DNA from: Lama glama
Lineage: Eukaryota
Reading direction: 5' to 3'
Assembly (NCBI GenBank): GCA_028534125.1
Contig: CM052817.1
Span: 6,698,001-6,758,000, forward strand
DNA length: 60,000 nucleotides
Both the position numbers and the translations under genes were made by a program. Below the pieces are notes generated by a model. The model was not told the origin of the DNA. It ran no database searches and saw nothing but the letters and a program-made list of their open reading frames with translations. This document shows positions 1-12,486 of the stretch, one piece after another. Position 1 is the first letter of the stretch. Each line of letters opens with the position of its first letter.

Positions 1-230
1 TCAGACAGATGTGATCTCAAAACTTGCTCCTTATCAGCAACGTGACTATGAGTGACTTAACTTTTCCCAACCACAGTCTGACAAATGCAGAACAAACAGA
101 GTGACACTTACATTGTGGGCTTACTCAGAGCTTTTTGGGAGAATTAAATGAACTTAAATATAAAATACAGCACTTAAAATTTGTACTCCAAGATCTGGTA
201 CGTGGCACGTAGATTCTTGTTCAATGTTCA
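1..230 (+). mobile_element. MIR SINE, degenerate
   Basis: tcagacaga...gtgactatgagtgacttaac...gagaattaaatga follows the order of the MIR core and 3' end. Confidence 0.6.
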
Positions 231-353
231 TTCTCCACCATCAAGATAAGTAGGGAGATACGAGCAGAGATAGAGATAGATTATTCAGATTGAAGCCATT
301 GGTTTTCTGTGGTACTGGGTTCTTAACCAAGGCCTGGTTGACAAATGTTGGCT

Positions 354-355
<2 letters not shown>

Positions 356-402
<47 letters not shown>

Positions 403-405
403 TTT
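356..405. repeat. (TTTA)n microsatellite, about 12 units
   Basis: Perfect tetranucleotide run read directly. Confidence 0.97.
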
Positions 406-1776
406 TGAGGAACCCTGTGTCTCATCCTGGAAATTCTTACTGTTGCCACAGCGCTTTGGAATTAGCAGGTCTGGAAACTTTCAGTGGAGAATAACCCAAA
501 GTGGTTTACAGCACCTTACAGTCTTGGAATGATGCAAGCAAGGGACTCTTAAAAAAAAAATGTACAGGAATTCACTAGGAAGGAAGAGATGGATTTCCCT
601 TGAGCCAAGTTTCAGTGGTGAAATGATGTCATCAAAAGAGAGGCTTTGTATTTTAAATGACACACACGGAACGCCTCCCTGTTCAACCTGCTCCGCTCTC
701 AGGGCTGTCAGCACAAATCAGTGCTGAGGCGGTCCGCCAAGGCACCAGGCTGGCCGTGGCGTCTCACAGGAAGACTGTCAGGGAACTGAGTCGTGCCTTA
801 CATGTAGACAGCCTCCTGTCATCAGACTAATCACGGAGCCTTTTCCTTGTGGCTAATGGGTAGTTTTCTTTAATCTCCAGAAACCTCTGATCAATTAGCT
901 GCTATTTAAGCCAATCAAGGAAATTGAGAAATGGGGTTTAATTAGCTTCCTGAAGGTTACACACAGTGTCAGTCAGCAGCGAATTCAAAAGTGGAACTCA
1001 GGGCAGAAGAGGTAGACGTGGGAAGAGTGAAAACGAGGTGACAGCCAAGTGGCATGAAGACTCAGGCAGGCAGCGGGAGACGGGACACTCCCTGCCCACC
1101 ACCGGAAGCCCGCCAGGTCCTCCTTCAAGGAAAGCAGCTCTCCGTTGAACAATTAATTCTGCGTTGGTGTTCTTAAAGCACGTTGCGTTTCACCACTTGT
1201 TCCTTCCCAGGTCAGCACACGGCCCCATCAGCCCTCCTCTTAACCCCACTGCGCGATTGTGCGGAATTCGTGGTACAGCACGGGTGATGATTTGATGGTG
1301 AAGAGTCCCAGCTCTAATGCCCACGAAGGTTTTAGCCAGAGCCCAGCACACCTGAGGGCCAATGATTAGCCACTGTCCTCGTCGCGATCTGCCCCCAGAT
1401 TCTATCCGTGCCAACTCCCTGGCATTACTGAAATCGGTTTTCCTTTCTCTATCCCTTGTGTTCTGGCTACCTTCTTCCTCCTCTCTGAGTTTTTGGTGGC
1501 TTTACCACATGGTTAGTCTGCAAACTTGACCTGTCTCTCCAGCGTTCCCTCAATATCATCCTGGTTTGGCATCTCTTCTTCAGAGTTTTTCGGGGTCCTG
1601 CCAAGCTCCTGATTCAGTTGATTTATTTCCATACAATTTGTTTTCCTGTGACAAGGGATGATATTCACTCATAGGGATGCCTCACTATGTTTCTCGGCCA
1701 GTCTAAGCATTTGTTTCTCCACGTGTGACGCTGCAAAATCCTGGGATAGATCGATGGTTTTGATCTCTTCGGTTAG

Positions 1777-1850
1777 TGTATAAGTTTCCTATTACTGGTG
1801 TAACAAATTACTATAAATCTAGCTGGTTGTAACAGCACATTTTGATCATC
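1777..1850 (-). mobile_element. MLT1 (MaLR LTR) terminal fragment
   Basis: tgtataagtttcctattactggtgtaacaaattactataaatct resembles the MLT1 end also seen at 9555 and 59703. Confidence 0.65.
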
Positions 1851-1994
1851 TTTCTTCCTCTCTCTCTCCGATCTCTCCCCCCTGCCATACTTTCTTTCTT
1901 CCTAAGAAATTTCAAAGACAATGGCTTACAGTTTAGATAGAGGCCATAGAACAAACATTTAGAGAAAGCTGTAAAATTTCAAAGATTTCACTGA

Positions 1995-2145
1995 ATGTAT
2001 TATCTCAAAAGATTCTTACAAGTCCCCATGCGGGTGTTTAAGGCATTATCCTTATTTGCAGACGAGAAAACTAAAGTTGCACAGCGTGACTAAGGTCACA
2101 TACTTGTTCCATGAAATCACACCCCAGGTCCTCCAGCCATTCTCC
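1995..2145 (-). mobile_element. MIR SINE
   Basis: attatccttatttgcagacgagaaaactaa...aaggtcacata is the reverse MIR core. Confidence 0.7.
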
Positions 2146-3159
2146 TCTTTGCACTAGACCACCCCTTCTCCCTGGTCGCCATTCCATCCCTGGCATGGCT
2201 TCCTTCTGAAATTCGCAGTGTGTTATTTCATCTCTGAACACATCTTTGGAAGCTCTTAATTTTTTGCCAGGAAGATTAACAGGCAAAATGTACTTTCTTG
2301 AAACTATTATTGATGGAACTTCCCTAACCAGGGTCATAGGCTGGTTCTGTTTATTACTGAGAGTGTGTGATTCACTTTTCTTCTTTGGCAAAAATAAATG
2401 GAACAAAAGGAAAGTGAACAACCTGGAATCCATGCGAGCTCACATTCTAAGACCCTGGGAGTCCAACTTCCAACCTGCAGGCCAAATGAGAGCCAATGGA
2501 ATTGGACATGGATTCCACCTGAGATTCGTAGTGCATTCAACGCTTTCCCTAATTAGCCAGCACACATGAACTCGGAGGCCAGCAGGCTCAACCACCTGCC
2601 CAGATACCACATCTCACTGACACTGCAGACAAGAGGCCATAGATCAAAGGCAAGTTCCACTGGCGCTGAAAGCTTCATTTAGAACCGCTCAAATTGACTT
2701 CCATTACAATGAAAAGTCTTGAAACAGAAGCTGTGAGAAAGACACTGACAGGAGAGAGGCAGGGTGGTGCAGGAGAAAGGATACAGTTTCCGTGTTAGAA
2801 GTGGATGGTCGATGGCTTTGGTCCTGATCACAGCATCCTCTGAGGGCTTAACCACATCAGCATTTTTGTCTGCTCTTCTCAAACTTCTTGCCATTTAATT
2901 TCACCACCCTGGGTATAACTGATTATGCTGTGGAACAGTTTCCAGGTGACCATGAATATGCTTGATACTGTTAGTACTAACCACTCGTGAGGTCACCGCA
3001 CAACAGGCCTCCTGACAGAGACACTTTCTATTGGATGAGGACAAATGCACTCACTTACGTACTGCTTATTGGAGCATAATAATGTGAAGGGCAGTGAAGC
3101 GTCCTATTGGTGTTCATTCATACCAATTCCTCCAGCATCTCTTCCTCCTGACATTCAGC

Positions 3160-5345
3160 TGCTAGTCACATTTCTAATTTTACTGAGAAAATAGGAACAC
3201 GCAGAAGATTGGGACAAACTCATGAACAAATTGCCTCAACTATTACATCCAGCTACCATCATCCATACTCATAAGCTCTGTTTTCACTCCTGCTAACTTG
3301 TACAGGTGAATTGTCCCTGTCCCTCTCCGCGGCTAACCCCTCCCCTTGTGCCCTAGGTCTCTTTGTGCCTCTCCAAGGACACTACTCCATGGGTTTGCCC
3401 CTTCTTTCTTCTGCATCATTTTCTCCTTCTATCCTGTAACATAATCATCAAGATAGAAAACATCATAGTTTCTACATCTGAAAAAAAAATATACATATCC
3501 TTCCTGACTTTACTTCTTCTCCCAACTCTTATAATTCTCTCTTCCTCTTTATAGGAGAATTTCTCAAAAGAGATTCTTGTACTTAGTGTTTCCAGTCTCT
3601 CCCCTCCCACTATTATTTTTTTTTAATGAGCTCTAATGAGATGTTCATTCCTACACTCCACCAAAACTCCTTCATAAGCTCATCAGTGACTTCTGTGATG
3701 CTCAGTCCTATGGCCAGTTCCCATTTGACTTACCAGCAGCATTCAGTAGGGGTAATCACCCCCTCCTCCTTGAAAGACTGTCTTCAGTTAGGTTCTAAGA
3801 CATTACACTTCCTTGATGCTCCTCACCATGTCCCAGATCCCTCCTCCTCCGTCTCCCTTGCTGATTCTTTCTCTGTTCCTGACACTGGAGCCACTCTGGG
3901 CTCAGCCACTGGTTTTTGTCTGCTTTCTGTCTATACTCACGCACTTGTTGATTTTAGCCAGTTTAATGGTATTGGATCCCACTTGTGTGTCGAAGGCTCC
4001 CAATCTTAAATCTCTAGTCCAGACTTCTTCTTTGAACTTTAAATTTATATGTCCAACTGTCTACTGGTCATCTTCACTTGGTTATAAAATGGATATCTCA
4101 AACCTAACAAATCTGAACCTGAACTCCTGATCTCCTCTGAGCACACTGATACTCTGTAAGTCTTATTCGTCTCAGACAATGGAAACTCACTCTTTTCAGG
4201 TATTCAGGCCAAAAACAAACAAACACACACAAAAACAAACAACTCTTAGTATCGGCCTCCTCTCATTTCTTTCTCTCTCTCTTTCTTTTTTAAATGTAAT
4301 TCCATTTATATGAAATGTTAAGAGGCAAACCTACAGAAACTGAAACATGAGTGGTTGCCCAGGACTGGGAGTGGGAACGGGGAATGACTACACATAGACA
4401 GGAGGGTCCTTTTTGGCGTGAGGACAGTGTTTTAAAATTGAATTGGTGGTGATGGTTGCACAACTTAATTAAAACAGGTGAATTTTAGGATATGTACATT
4501 ATAACTGAACTTATATTTTTAAAAGTCACACCCCAACTATAAATTGATGAGGCCTCAAAACCCTGTAGGAATATTTGCATTTTACTCAGTTCATCAGGAA
4601 ATCCTAAGTCCTTCCTTCAAAAGAGTAGGTCAATAATTTGATTCCTTCTCACCAATTTACCATATTAACCAGGCTTAGGCCTGGTTAGTTCATGCTTTGC
4701 TTATTGCAATATCTTCTTAATGCATCTTTCTGCTTCCATCTTCACCCTCCTGCCATCTATCCCCAACCCAAGAGCCAGAGTGATCTTTTTACAAGATAAG
4801 TCTGATCATGCCATGTCTCTGCTTTATAAAACCTCCTTGAAGTAGCCTATTAGACCCTATGTAATCTGACCACTGTTAAGTCTCTAAACCCGCAGGTTTA
4901 TTCCACTTCAGCCACACTGGCATTCCTCTGCTCATTGAACCTGACAAGCGTGTTTTGGTCCACGGGCCTTAGTCATTTTTATTCTCTCTGACTAGGAGAT
5001 TGACTGATTCCTCACCTCCATTAACTATTTTCTTAAATGTCACCTCCCAAGGTTGAGGACCTACATGAACACTCTATGTAAAATCACACACCCAGCACGT
5101 CATTTCTTTCCTTTTTAAAGTAATTTCGGTCTATAGCTTTTATCACCTTCAGTGCCCTGTATGGATCATTTATGATTTTATTTATGTCTGCCTTTCCAAC
5201 CTAGAATCAAAGCTTTTGGAGAGGAAGGCTTTTTGTCATTTTTGTTTGTTGGTATAGACACAGCACTTAAAATGATGACTGAACCCAGGAAGTGCACATT
5301 AGAGCTGTTTGGAAAAAAGGGAATGTGTGAATAAATGGTTGAAAT
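3160..5345 (+). mobile_element. L2 LINE (RT remnant to 3' end), interrupted by an L1 fragment near 4293-4525
   Basis: tactgagaaaatagga; tttgacttaccagcagcattc...atcaccccctcctccttgaaa (decayed DLSAAFD..DH.LLL motif); gccagagtgatcttt...tctgatcatg; ends gtgaataaatggttgaa. Confidence 0.85.
4293..4525 (+). mobile_element. L1M (L1MB/MC-type) 3' UTR end nested in L2
   Basis: attccatttatatgaaatg...aggcaaacctacagaaac...gtggttgcccagg...gtggtgatggttgcacaac. Confidence 0.85.
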
Positions 5346-5399
5346 AGACTTCTCAGAGAATATGAAGAGAGCCTTTTCACGAGCTTTCTTTTTATTTCT

Positions 5400-8020
5400 A
5401 AACAAAAATTACATGTGACAGGAAATTTATTTATGATAAAGGTGACATCACAGTTCACCCTGAGATACATCAGAAAAAAATGAATTGATATATATGTACA
5501 AAATTACTTGTTGAAGTATTATTTGTAATAGCAAAAAGTAAAAATAAATAAATAAGCTATCCAGATGTCCAACAATCTGGTGTCAGTTGAATAAACTATG
5601 TTATGTGTACACAACGGAACAGTCATAATGAAATGATAAAAAAGCATGAGGAAGCTGCGTACTGATATGGAGCTTCCTCCATGATATACTGTTTTTTTTT
5701 TTATCATAACATTTTGTGTATATTTCCCTGTGCTATACAGTGTAATCTTGTTTATCTATTCTACAATTTTGAAATCCCAGTCTATCCCTTCCCAACCTCT
5801 ACCCCCCTGGTAACCACAAGTCTGTATTCTCTGTTAAGAGAATGATATATGATATACTGTTAAGGACAAAAAGTGCAAAGTGCAAAGTGCAGGATGACCT
5901 ACAAAGTTTTGAGCGTGCTTGAGAAAGACAAGTAATGTGAAATACAAAATATTATACATATGTATGTGTGTGTGTACACTCTTATATTTGTTAAACACTG
6001 TAAAGATAAACTAAAAACTGATAAAAACATGGTTATCTATATAGAAGGAAGTGAAAATTCTCTCTTATGTATTTCTTGTATAGTTTTGGCTTTGGAAATA
6101 TAAAATGTTTCACAGATCCAAAAATATAAAACTAAGTAAAAAAAAAAACAAAAATAGTTCCTAAAATTTTGAAACAACTTAAGACAAAGAAAAGTATTAT
6201 CAAGTTGGTGATGTAACTGCATCCAGAAAAATAATTATTTCAAGTTATTTTAGGAAACTATATTTTAATTCTACATATCTAATGGGATATTTTCCAAAGA
6301 CAAAGAGATTGGTCAAGAAATCTTAAAATATATACATGTGTTTAATTTTTAGCCGTGATACCGGCAGTGTTATACATAGAATGCATTAAGAAATTATCTT
6401 AATATTGTTGGTTACCAAGATTTTCTGCATAAAAGAAAAGAGACATGAACTTAAAATCAAGAAGTTAGGTAAGCAAAAAAGAAAAAAAAATCAAATATTG
6501 CATTTGCAAAGGAATATAAGAATAAAGCCGTTAATTTTGTTTGTTAAAAGAAAATCCTTTATAACCAAAAACCGTCAAAGCAATGACATGCTAATATCAA
6601 TGAGCACACTTACTGCCCAAACTGTGATCCTATCACCTTTTCACACTAAAAGTACCCAGCACTCCTTGGAGAAATGGTTAATGAATATAAGGCAAGCGTT
6701 GAATATTTTGTTGCACCAGGAGTTTTCAGAAGAACCAAGAACTCAATCAGAATGAGTCCCAGCTGGTAAAAGAAGGAACAGTTTGAGCATTAAATAGAGC
6801 ATAAATTCAATTGATTGAGCTACATGGAATATTTAAAACTCTTGAGTTCATTATAATTTTTCCCTTTCAGAATATAAAGAAATTTCATCCCCTACTGTTA
6901 CGTTCCCCTCTTTCCACACCCCCGACCCCACCAGTCAAGCTTATCGTACGCTATTGGAAGAAACTAGGTTACTCGACACTTATTTAGAAATTTGGCAATT
7001 TAAAAAATAATTAAGCATTTAATATGTCTTTAGTGTATGGATTTGTATTTAAGTTTAATCAAATAGCCGTATAGGGCATTAAAAAGTTCCTCAGAGATGA
7101 ATTCAAGCTAAAAAGTGGAGGAAATAAAATCAGAAAATCACCATTTGAAAACTCTAATGAAATAAAAGATTCAGAATGAAATCATTGGAGGAAAGGCTGA
7201 TGAGGGAACTTTATAATGAAGAAATCGAGAATTACCACTTGAACCCGCTGGTCCAGTTTAGCAACTCTGAACTTGGCGCGTCTCACTACTGCGTGCAAAA
7301 TGGAGGGTGTGGCGCCGCCTGTGAGGTATCTGTGCCAAGGAAGGTTGAATCCTAATATAATCAGAGCTCTGGAACTAGTTTTCAAGAAAAAGGAAGCTAA
7401 AGAAACCAGCTGAATATCACAATAAGCGAAGAGATGAGTAAAGAGTATGTGATGATCATATGGCCCAAATGAGGATTTTCTTGAGTTACAAATGGTTTTA
7501 TCTAGGGTTGAAAAAATATATACAGCAGAACAGTTCCATGTAAACTGGGACTGTATGTTATTTAGAATATAAATATTTTAAAGGACAAGTGTAATATTTT
7601 TCATAAATCAACATCAAAGGAAAAAAGAGGGGCTTAACAGATATTTTGCGGATGTGTTTTACAAAAAATAATACATACACATATAAAGACATTGTGGAGA
7701 CAGAGAAATTTGATTATGTCCTTAGTGTTTTGATCCTGAGAAGGAATTAAGGATAATTTTATTAGGTGCTACCATGGCATTATAGTATGTACCATTTTGT
7801 CCATAGTTTTTGGCAGTGTATACTATAAAAAAAATGTAGGAATGAAGTGGAGTCTTGGATTTGCTTTACTACAGCAACAAATTTTTAAAAAGAACAGATT
7901 CATCAGTTATGGAAAATAATTGACAACTGTTAAATCTGGGTAGTAGATTTGTAGATTTATCGGACAATTCACTCTACTTTTGTATATGTTTAAATACTTT
8001 CTAACAAATCTAAAAATAAT
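5400..8020 (+). mobile_element. Ancient L1M (L1MC4/L1ME-like) 3' region, about 2.6 kb
   Basis: tatttgtaatagcaaaaa, cactaaaagtacccagcactccttggagaaatgg, aaaatcaccatttg, and terminal ctctacttttgtatatgtttaaa; A-rich. Confidence 0.75.
5694..5848 (-). mobile_element. Young lineage-specific L1 3' UTR fragment with poly(A) and 13-bp TSD
   Basis: T-tract at 5692-5702; TSD atgatatactgtt at 5681-5693 and 5849-5861; reverse complement matches the copy at 13084. Confidence 0.9.
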
Positions 8021-8227
8021 GAGTAATGTTAGACCTCTGGTGTGCTCCTATGTTCTGAAACATGATGAACCGTTCTTGTCTTTTGCCACGAGCCCAGGAA
8101 TGTCCTGCACTCTTAGAAGTGATGGGACCTCAAGGGACCACAGCCTGGCACCACTTTGGAACTCTACAGTCTTTTTTCATTAACTTGCGACAGAAGAAAC
8201 TTAGGACCATAGTTCCCTTTCAACCAG

Positions 8228-8420
8228 TGGGAGTCAAAACATAATACCTGAATTTGAATTCTAGCTCTATCGTTACCTGTGTGAACACTGGCACGTTTCT
8301 GTAGGCTTGGGATTCCTGTAATGTACAATAATAAAATGAGCATAGTGTAGGACCTCTGGGAGAATTTAAGGTAATGTGTGTGAAACACGCATGCAGGGCT
8401 TGGCAGATCGCAGGTGATCT
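8228..8420 (+). mobile_element. MIR SINE
   Basis: ggagtcaaaa...cctgaatttgaattctagctct...tgtgtgaaacac...cttggca. Confidence 0.65.
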
Positions 8421-9329
8421 TTCCTTCCCTCACTTCCAGCAGAGTCATGACCAACACCTAGCGTCTTCTGAGTCACACCTGTAGTTGTTGGAAAACTCAG
8501 CCACGTAACAAGTGATTTCCCACTGATTTTACATCCCATGACTAACGTACGCATCAACCCCTGCTTCTGGCAACGCAACTCCAAGTCCAGCAGAGGTCAT
8601 TCTGGGAACAAGGCTGGTTCCTATTAAATTAAAAGAAATTACAACCTTTTAAAAAAAAATCAATGCTGCTTTTGGAACGGACTTAAAAATACATCCATGG
8701 AGGGTTCCAATATTGCAGTGTAGCAGAGTAAAAATATAAACAGCACAGACGCTATCCCGTGAGATTTTTCCAATGCTTAAATACTATTTTTTCTTAATCA
8801 AACTGAAATTTTCAAGAATAAATAAATAGAAAGAACCCAGAACAGGCACATACTTTGTTTCTATTTAAGTTTAAAATAGACCATGGAGGAAAGCATCGCC
8901 TCCATTTCTCCTAATTAACCAGAGGTTTTGGTTGTGCTTGCCTGATGGTTTTCGTCCCCTTCTACCCAGGCACCAAAAGCTGTTTCTTCCTAACTTGGCA
9001 TCACCAGATAGATGCTATTCTCAAACTTGGCTGTGAAAGCTGCTGTTTCTGGGGTACTGCATTATTTTTATAGCTGTTGTTTTGCTGAGACTCCAACAGC
9101 CCCAGTTTTCTAAGAAGCCTCCTAGTGACAGTCATTTGGGTGAGGTAGGTATCTATATGCAATACGTCGCCTTCCATCCTCATTCATTATAAGGTCAGGG
9201 GTCACTTGTTCCCTTTTCAAGGAGAGTCACTGGGCTCTTCCTACTTCTTCAAAAACCGGGCTTGGGAATTCCTCACCTTTTGTTAAGTGAGCATGCTCAA
9301 ACACCGTGTGTCCAGACTTCAAACTCGAA

Positions 9330-10535
9330 ATAAGCACTCAAGGATTTTGATCATCTTCCTTCTGCTTCCTCTCTGGCCTCATCTTTTGCCTCTCCTAGAG
9401 ATAATCGTCAGCCCAGCTTTACCGAAGTGTGAGGTCAGAGCCTCTTCAGAGATTTTCCTTCTGTGTACTAAACCTGTTGTCTTCTATCTGCCTGGCTAAC
9501 TTTTATTCACCCTGTGGGATATGTCTCAAAAGCCTTCTATTCCAGGAAGTCTCGTGTATCAGTGTCCTGTGACTGCTGTAACAAATACCACAAACTTGGT
9601 GGCTTGAAACAACACATTTACTCTCATACAGTTCTGGAGGCCTGAAGTCTGAAATCCACATCACCGAGTCCAAGTTAAAGTGTTGGCAAAGCCTCCTTCC
9701 CCTTGGGGGCCCTGGGGGAGACTCTGGCCCCTGTCTCTTTCAGCTTCTGGTGGCTGCCAGCATCCCCTGGCTTGTGATCACATGGCTCCAATTTTTAAGG
9801 CCAGCATCTTCAATTTCTCTTCTCTGTCCCATCTTCACATTGCCTTTTCTTCTGAGTAGCTTTGTCAAATCTCTCTCTGCCTCTCTCTTAGAAGGATAGT
9901 TGTGATTATCTTTAAAGCAACGTGTGTGAAATAGAGACGAACCCTCCATCTAAAGGTCCTAACTGTATCACATCTGCAGAGATCCTTTGTCCAAATACAG
10001 TAGCATTTATACATTCCAGGGATTAGGACCTGATATATTTGGGGGGGAGGGGTCATTATTTATCCTGAACATCTTCCTCGCTCTATTCCTGCAGCTCTCT
10101 CTCTGCTCTCCGGGCTGGACTATGAACCTCTTCTCTGAATACTGATTTGAAACCTTGCATTTAAATTTATCATGGTGCATATAGTGATGTTGACAGTGTG
10201 GAGGCTGACAGTTAAGATACGCCGGTTGCTTGCAGTGTGCTGGGCACTACTCTAAGAATCCCACAGGTATTACATCAATCAATTCATACAGCAATTTTGA
10301 GGTGCAATGTTTACCCTCATTTTTCAGATGCTGTAGCTCAAGTACCACGTCAAGTAAGTGGACTCACTGAGATGTGAACCCAGACAGGCTATTCCGGAGC
10401 CTGTGAAGTGTTGATTCGCCATTGTAAATATTGACTCGCCTGGTGTCTCCCCAGTTCACTGTAGACCCCTGGAAGCTAGCCAGTACTCCCAGCTTCTGGC
10501 ACACAACTGATGCTCACAGATGTTTGGGGAGTAAG
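9330..10535 (+). mobile_element. L2 3' region, fragmented by an MLT1D-like LTR and a MIR (about 10195-10420, minus)
   Basis: cctggctaacttttattca, tccaggaag, and terminal tggcacacaactgatgctcacagatgtttg. Confidence 0.6.
9555..10071 (-). mobile_element. MLT1D-like MaLR solo LTR, near full length
   Basis: TG...CA ends, about 517 bp; gctgtaacaaataccacaaacttggtggctt, cagttctggaggcc, ccagggattaggac. Confidence 0.9.
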
Positions 10536-11599
10536 TTTATAAACAGATTATAAACCAGTTCTGTCATTAAATAGACACACAGCTTCAGACATGGGTGTCA
10601 ACCTTTCTGGACCTCAACTGTTTAATTAGGATGTTAGACTTTGGATGACATCAGGATCCCTAATGTTTTATGAACAGGTCCTCTCAGATGTCCACTTGAG
10701 GTCTAAAATCTGATTACTGGATTCAGGTGACTGTTTCGCTTGGCCCAGAATACTGAGCATGCAGTTCAGGGCAATGGGAATGTTTATCACACTGGGAGAG
10801 TTTACTTCTGAAGGTGAAGTCATTATAGAATGTCTGTGTTCCAAAAGCTTTGAAGGAATGCCAGAAGTATTGATAACGTCTATTTTCCCAAGATGGACAC
10901 ATTACTTTTACTGCTGGTGGGAAAGCCTGGCCTTTTTGAATTCTCTTGGAAGACTGTGTTTTATTCATTTATTGCCTGTCGTCCCTGCAGCCTGACAACA
11001 GAGAATTATTCCACCTCGATGACATACCCACTTCATAAATGAATACTAATATCTCGGTCTTGGGTTTGAGGACCCAGGTTGCACCCTTATATAACATTCT
11101 GCCAACGGGTTAATGAAATGTGAATCAAATAAATTCAGAAATTAACCTCAGATGTAAGAGCTGCATGCAAGCACATGCATTTTGTGTTTTCTACCCAAGT
11201 CACTTCATAAAGCATTTCTCAAATACTAGGATGTGAACCCTCTAGACACTTATAAATATTAATTGACAATAAAGGGACATGCTGAAAAAGTTATCAAGAA
11301 CACTGTACAGTGCTGACTGGCTCTCTGAGAGCCCTCGGAAACTCTCTTCAGTTAGCATGATAATCATGGAAACATGAACCAAATGAAAGGCTTTAGGCTA
11401 AGCTCAGAATGAAGTTGCATACGATTAACTTCCATTACCATTAATTTGTATTATGGTCAAATCCCCAGTGGCATGTGGCTGGGAGAAGTGCTCCTTTAGT
11501 GGCAAAAATGTGATGTCTTGTTCCTGTTGATGCGATTTCAGTTTGGGTTCCTGGCATGAGGTGATGATCCCACTGCTCGGAAGCTGCTGCTTTCAGTGG

Positions 11600-11760
11600 G
11601 AAAAGCGCAGGTTTGGAGACAAAAAGTCCAGATTCAAATCCCAGACGCTGCGGTTAGTTGTGCGGCTCTGGGCGGACTGCCTGACACCTCTTCCTGCAAA
11701 ATGAGGGAAACGATGCCAGACTGAATGGAGACAGAAGTGGAAAGATGAGATGACGAGCAG
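11600..11760 (+). mobile_element. MIR SINE, unusually CpG-rich
   Basis: ggaaaagcgcaggtttggagac...ttcaaatcccag...tagttgtgcg...ctgcaaaatgaggg. Confidence 0.7.
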
Positions 11761-11849
11761 GAGGGAGAGTCCAAATGACCAGCGCTCGCATACTGAGTTT
11801 CTCCAGTAGGCTCCTGAGGGAGAAATGCTTTGACAAAACCCTCCTCTCA

Positions 11850-12349
11850 NNNNNNNNNNNNNNNNNNNNNNNNNNNNNNNNNNNNNNNNNNNNNNNNNNN
11901 NNNNNNNNNNNNNNNNNNNNNNNNNNNNNNNNNNNNNNNNNNNNNNNNNNNNNNNNNNNNNNNNNNNNNNNNNNNNNNNNNNNNNNNNNNNNNNNNNNNN
12001 NNNNNNNNNNNNNNNNNNNNNNNNNNNNNNNNNNNNNNNNNNNNNNNNNNNNNNNNNNNNNNNNNNNNNNNNNNNNNNNNNNNNNNNNNNNNNNNNNNNN
12101 NNNNNNNNNNNNNNNNNNNNNNNNNNNNNNNNNNNNNNNNNNNNNNNNNNNNNNNNNNNNNNNNNNNNNNNNNNNNNNNNNNNNNNNNNNNNNNNNNNNN
12201 NNNNNNNNNNNNNNNNNNNNNNNNNNNNNNNNNNNNNNNNNNNNNNNNNNNNNNNNNNNNNNNNNNNNNNNNNNNNNNNNNNNNNNNNNNNNNNNNNNNN
12301 NNNNNNNNNNNNNNNNNNNNNNNNNNNNNNNNNNNNNNNNNNNNNNNNN
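11850..12349. other. Assembly gap of exactly 500 N
   Basis: Counted from the line coordinates. Confidence 0.99.
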
Positions 12350-12486
12350 AACACTCCTTTTATTGTTAGAAGCCCAAGTGCTGAAAGAAAACAAAAAGTG
12401 GACTTTGATGGCTTTTGTCCATGTTCTCACTGCTTTTTTAGAAGAGTGGCTTTTCAGCGGCCCTTTCCCTGTCATTTTGGAAGTTG
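12350..12486 (-). mobile_element. Ancient L1M 5' end running into the gap
   Basis: Reverse complement acttccaaaatgacag...ctgaaaagccactcttctaaaaaagcagtgagaac...atcaaagtccacttttt resembles old L1M 5' UTR starts. Confidence 0.55.

Noticed and set aside
3626..4130. 127-aa and 105-aa ORFs
   Set aside because: They lie in decayed L2 RT sequence and are not host genes.
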